This document shows positions 63,826 through 64,000 of a DNA stretch of 64,000 nt, piece after piece. Within the stretch, counting starts at the first letter, position 1. Every line of letters starts with the position of its first letter. The DNA comes from Ignavibacteriota bacterium. Lineage in GTDB: Bacteria; Bacteroidota; Ignavibacteria; Palsa-1295. The position numbers and the translations under genes are program-made. The notes below the pieces were generated by a model that saw nothing but the letters and a program-made list of their open reading frames with translations, was not told where the DNA came from and did no database searches. Location of the stretch: contig PLYO01000031.1 of assembly GCA_003151825.1 (NCBI GenBank), positions 4,096-68,095 on the forward strand, in the 5' to 3' direction.

Positions 63826-64000
63826 CTATTTCGTTAATATCTCTCCACCACCGCGCCGCACGACAACCGTATGCTCGAAATGCGCGCTCGGCTTGCCGTC
63901 GGCGGTCAGTACGGTCCATTTATCTTTCGCGGTTCGTACTTTCTCGGTTCCCATGTTTATCATCGGCTCGATGGCGAACGTCATGCCTTCTAAGAGTTCG
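63826..64000 (-). CDS. map: Methionine aminopeptidase, 3' part
   Basis: Manual translation GMTFAIEPMINMG...DKWTVLTADGKPSAHFEHTVVV...EILTK*. Confidence 0.92.
   Translation of the reverse strand, partial: ELLEGMTFAIEPMINMGTEKVRTAKDKWTVLTADGKPSAHFEHTVVVRRGGGEILTK

Overview
Chromosomal window from an FCB-group bacterium, probably Bacteroidota/Chlorobi/Kapabacteria-like. The placement is inferred from a short RpoD lacking region 1.1, recurrent TAnnTTTG promoter boxes, T9SS-type C-terminal domains and futalosine-pathway genes. Core genes include queA, kdsB, hisC, sucD, ndk, rpoD, ccmBCD, nnr, nuoJKLMN, asnS, tRNA-Lys, ispH, ruvA, psd, purC, an mqnE-mqnA fusion and map, interleaved with secreted proteins and palindromic repeats. 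The main signal is a set of stacked small accessory cassettes, mostly toxin-antitoxin pairs, at three separate loci (7.4-10.8 kb, 41.8-44.7 kb, 50.0-54.2 kb), with no integrase or transposase recognisable in the window. The cassettes are separated by short copies of the end of the neighbouring core gene: DUF58 3' tails, a nuoM 5' end, an ispH 5' end fused to a tRNA 3' end, and a cmk-like 3' tail. These copies differ from the intact gene mostly at synonymous sites. They usually stop right at a GGAAC/GAAAC-N16-18-(C/T)GTT motif that opens the next cassette. This is a candidate gene-terminus-anchored cassette acquisition process. All comparisons were made by eye and no database searches were run.
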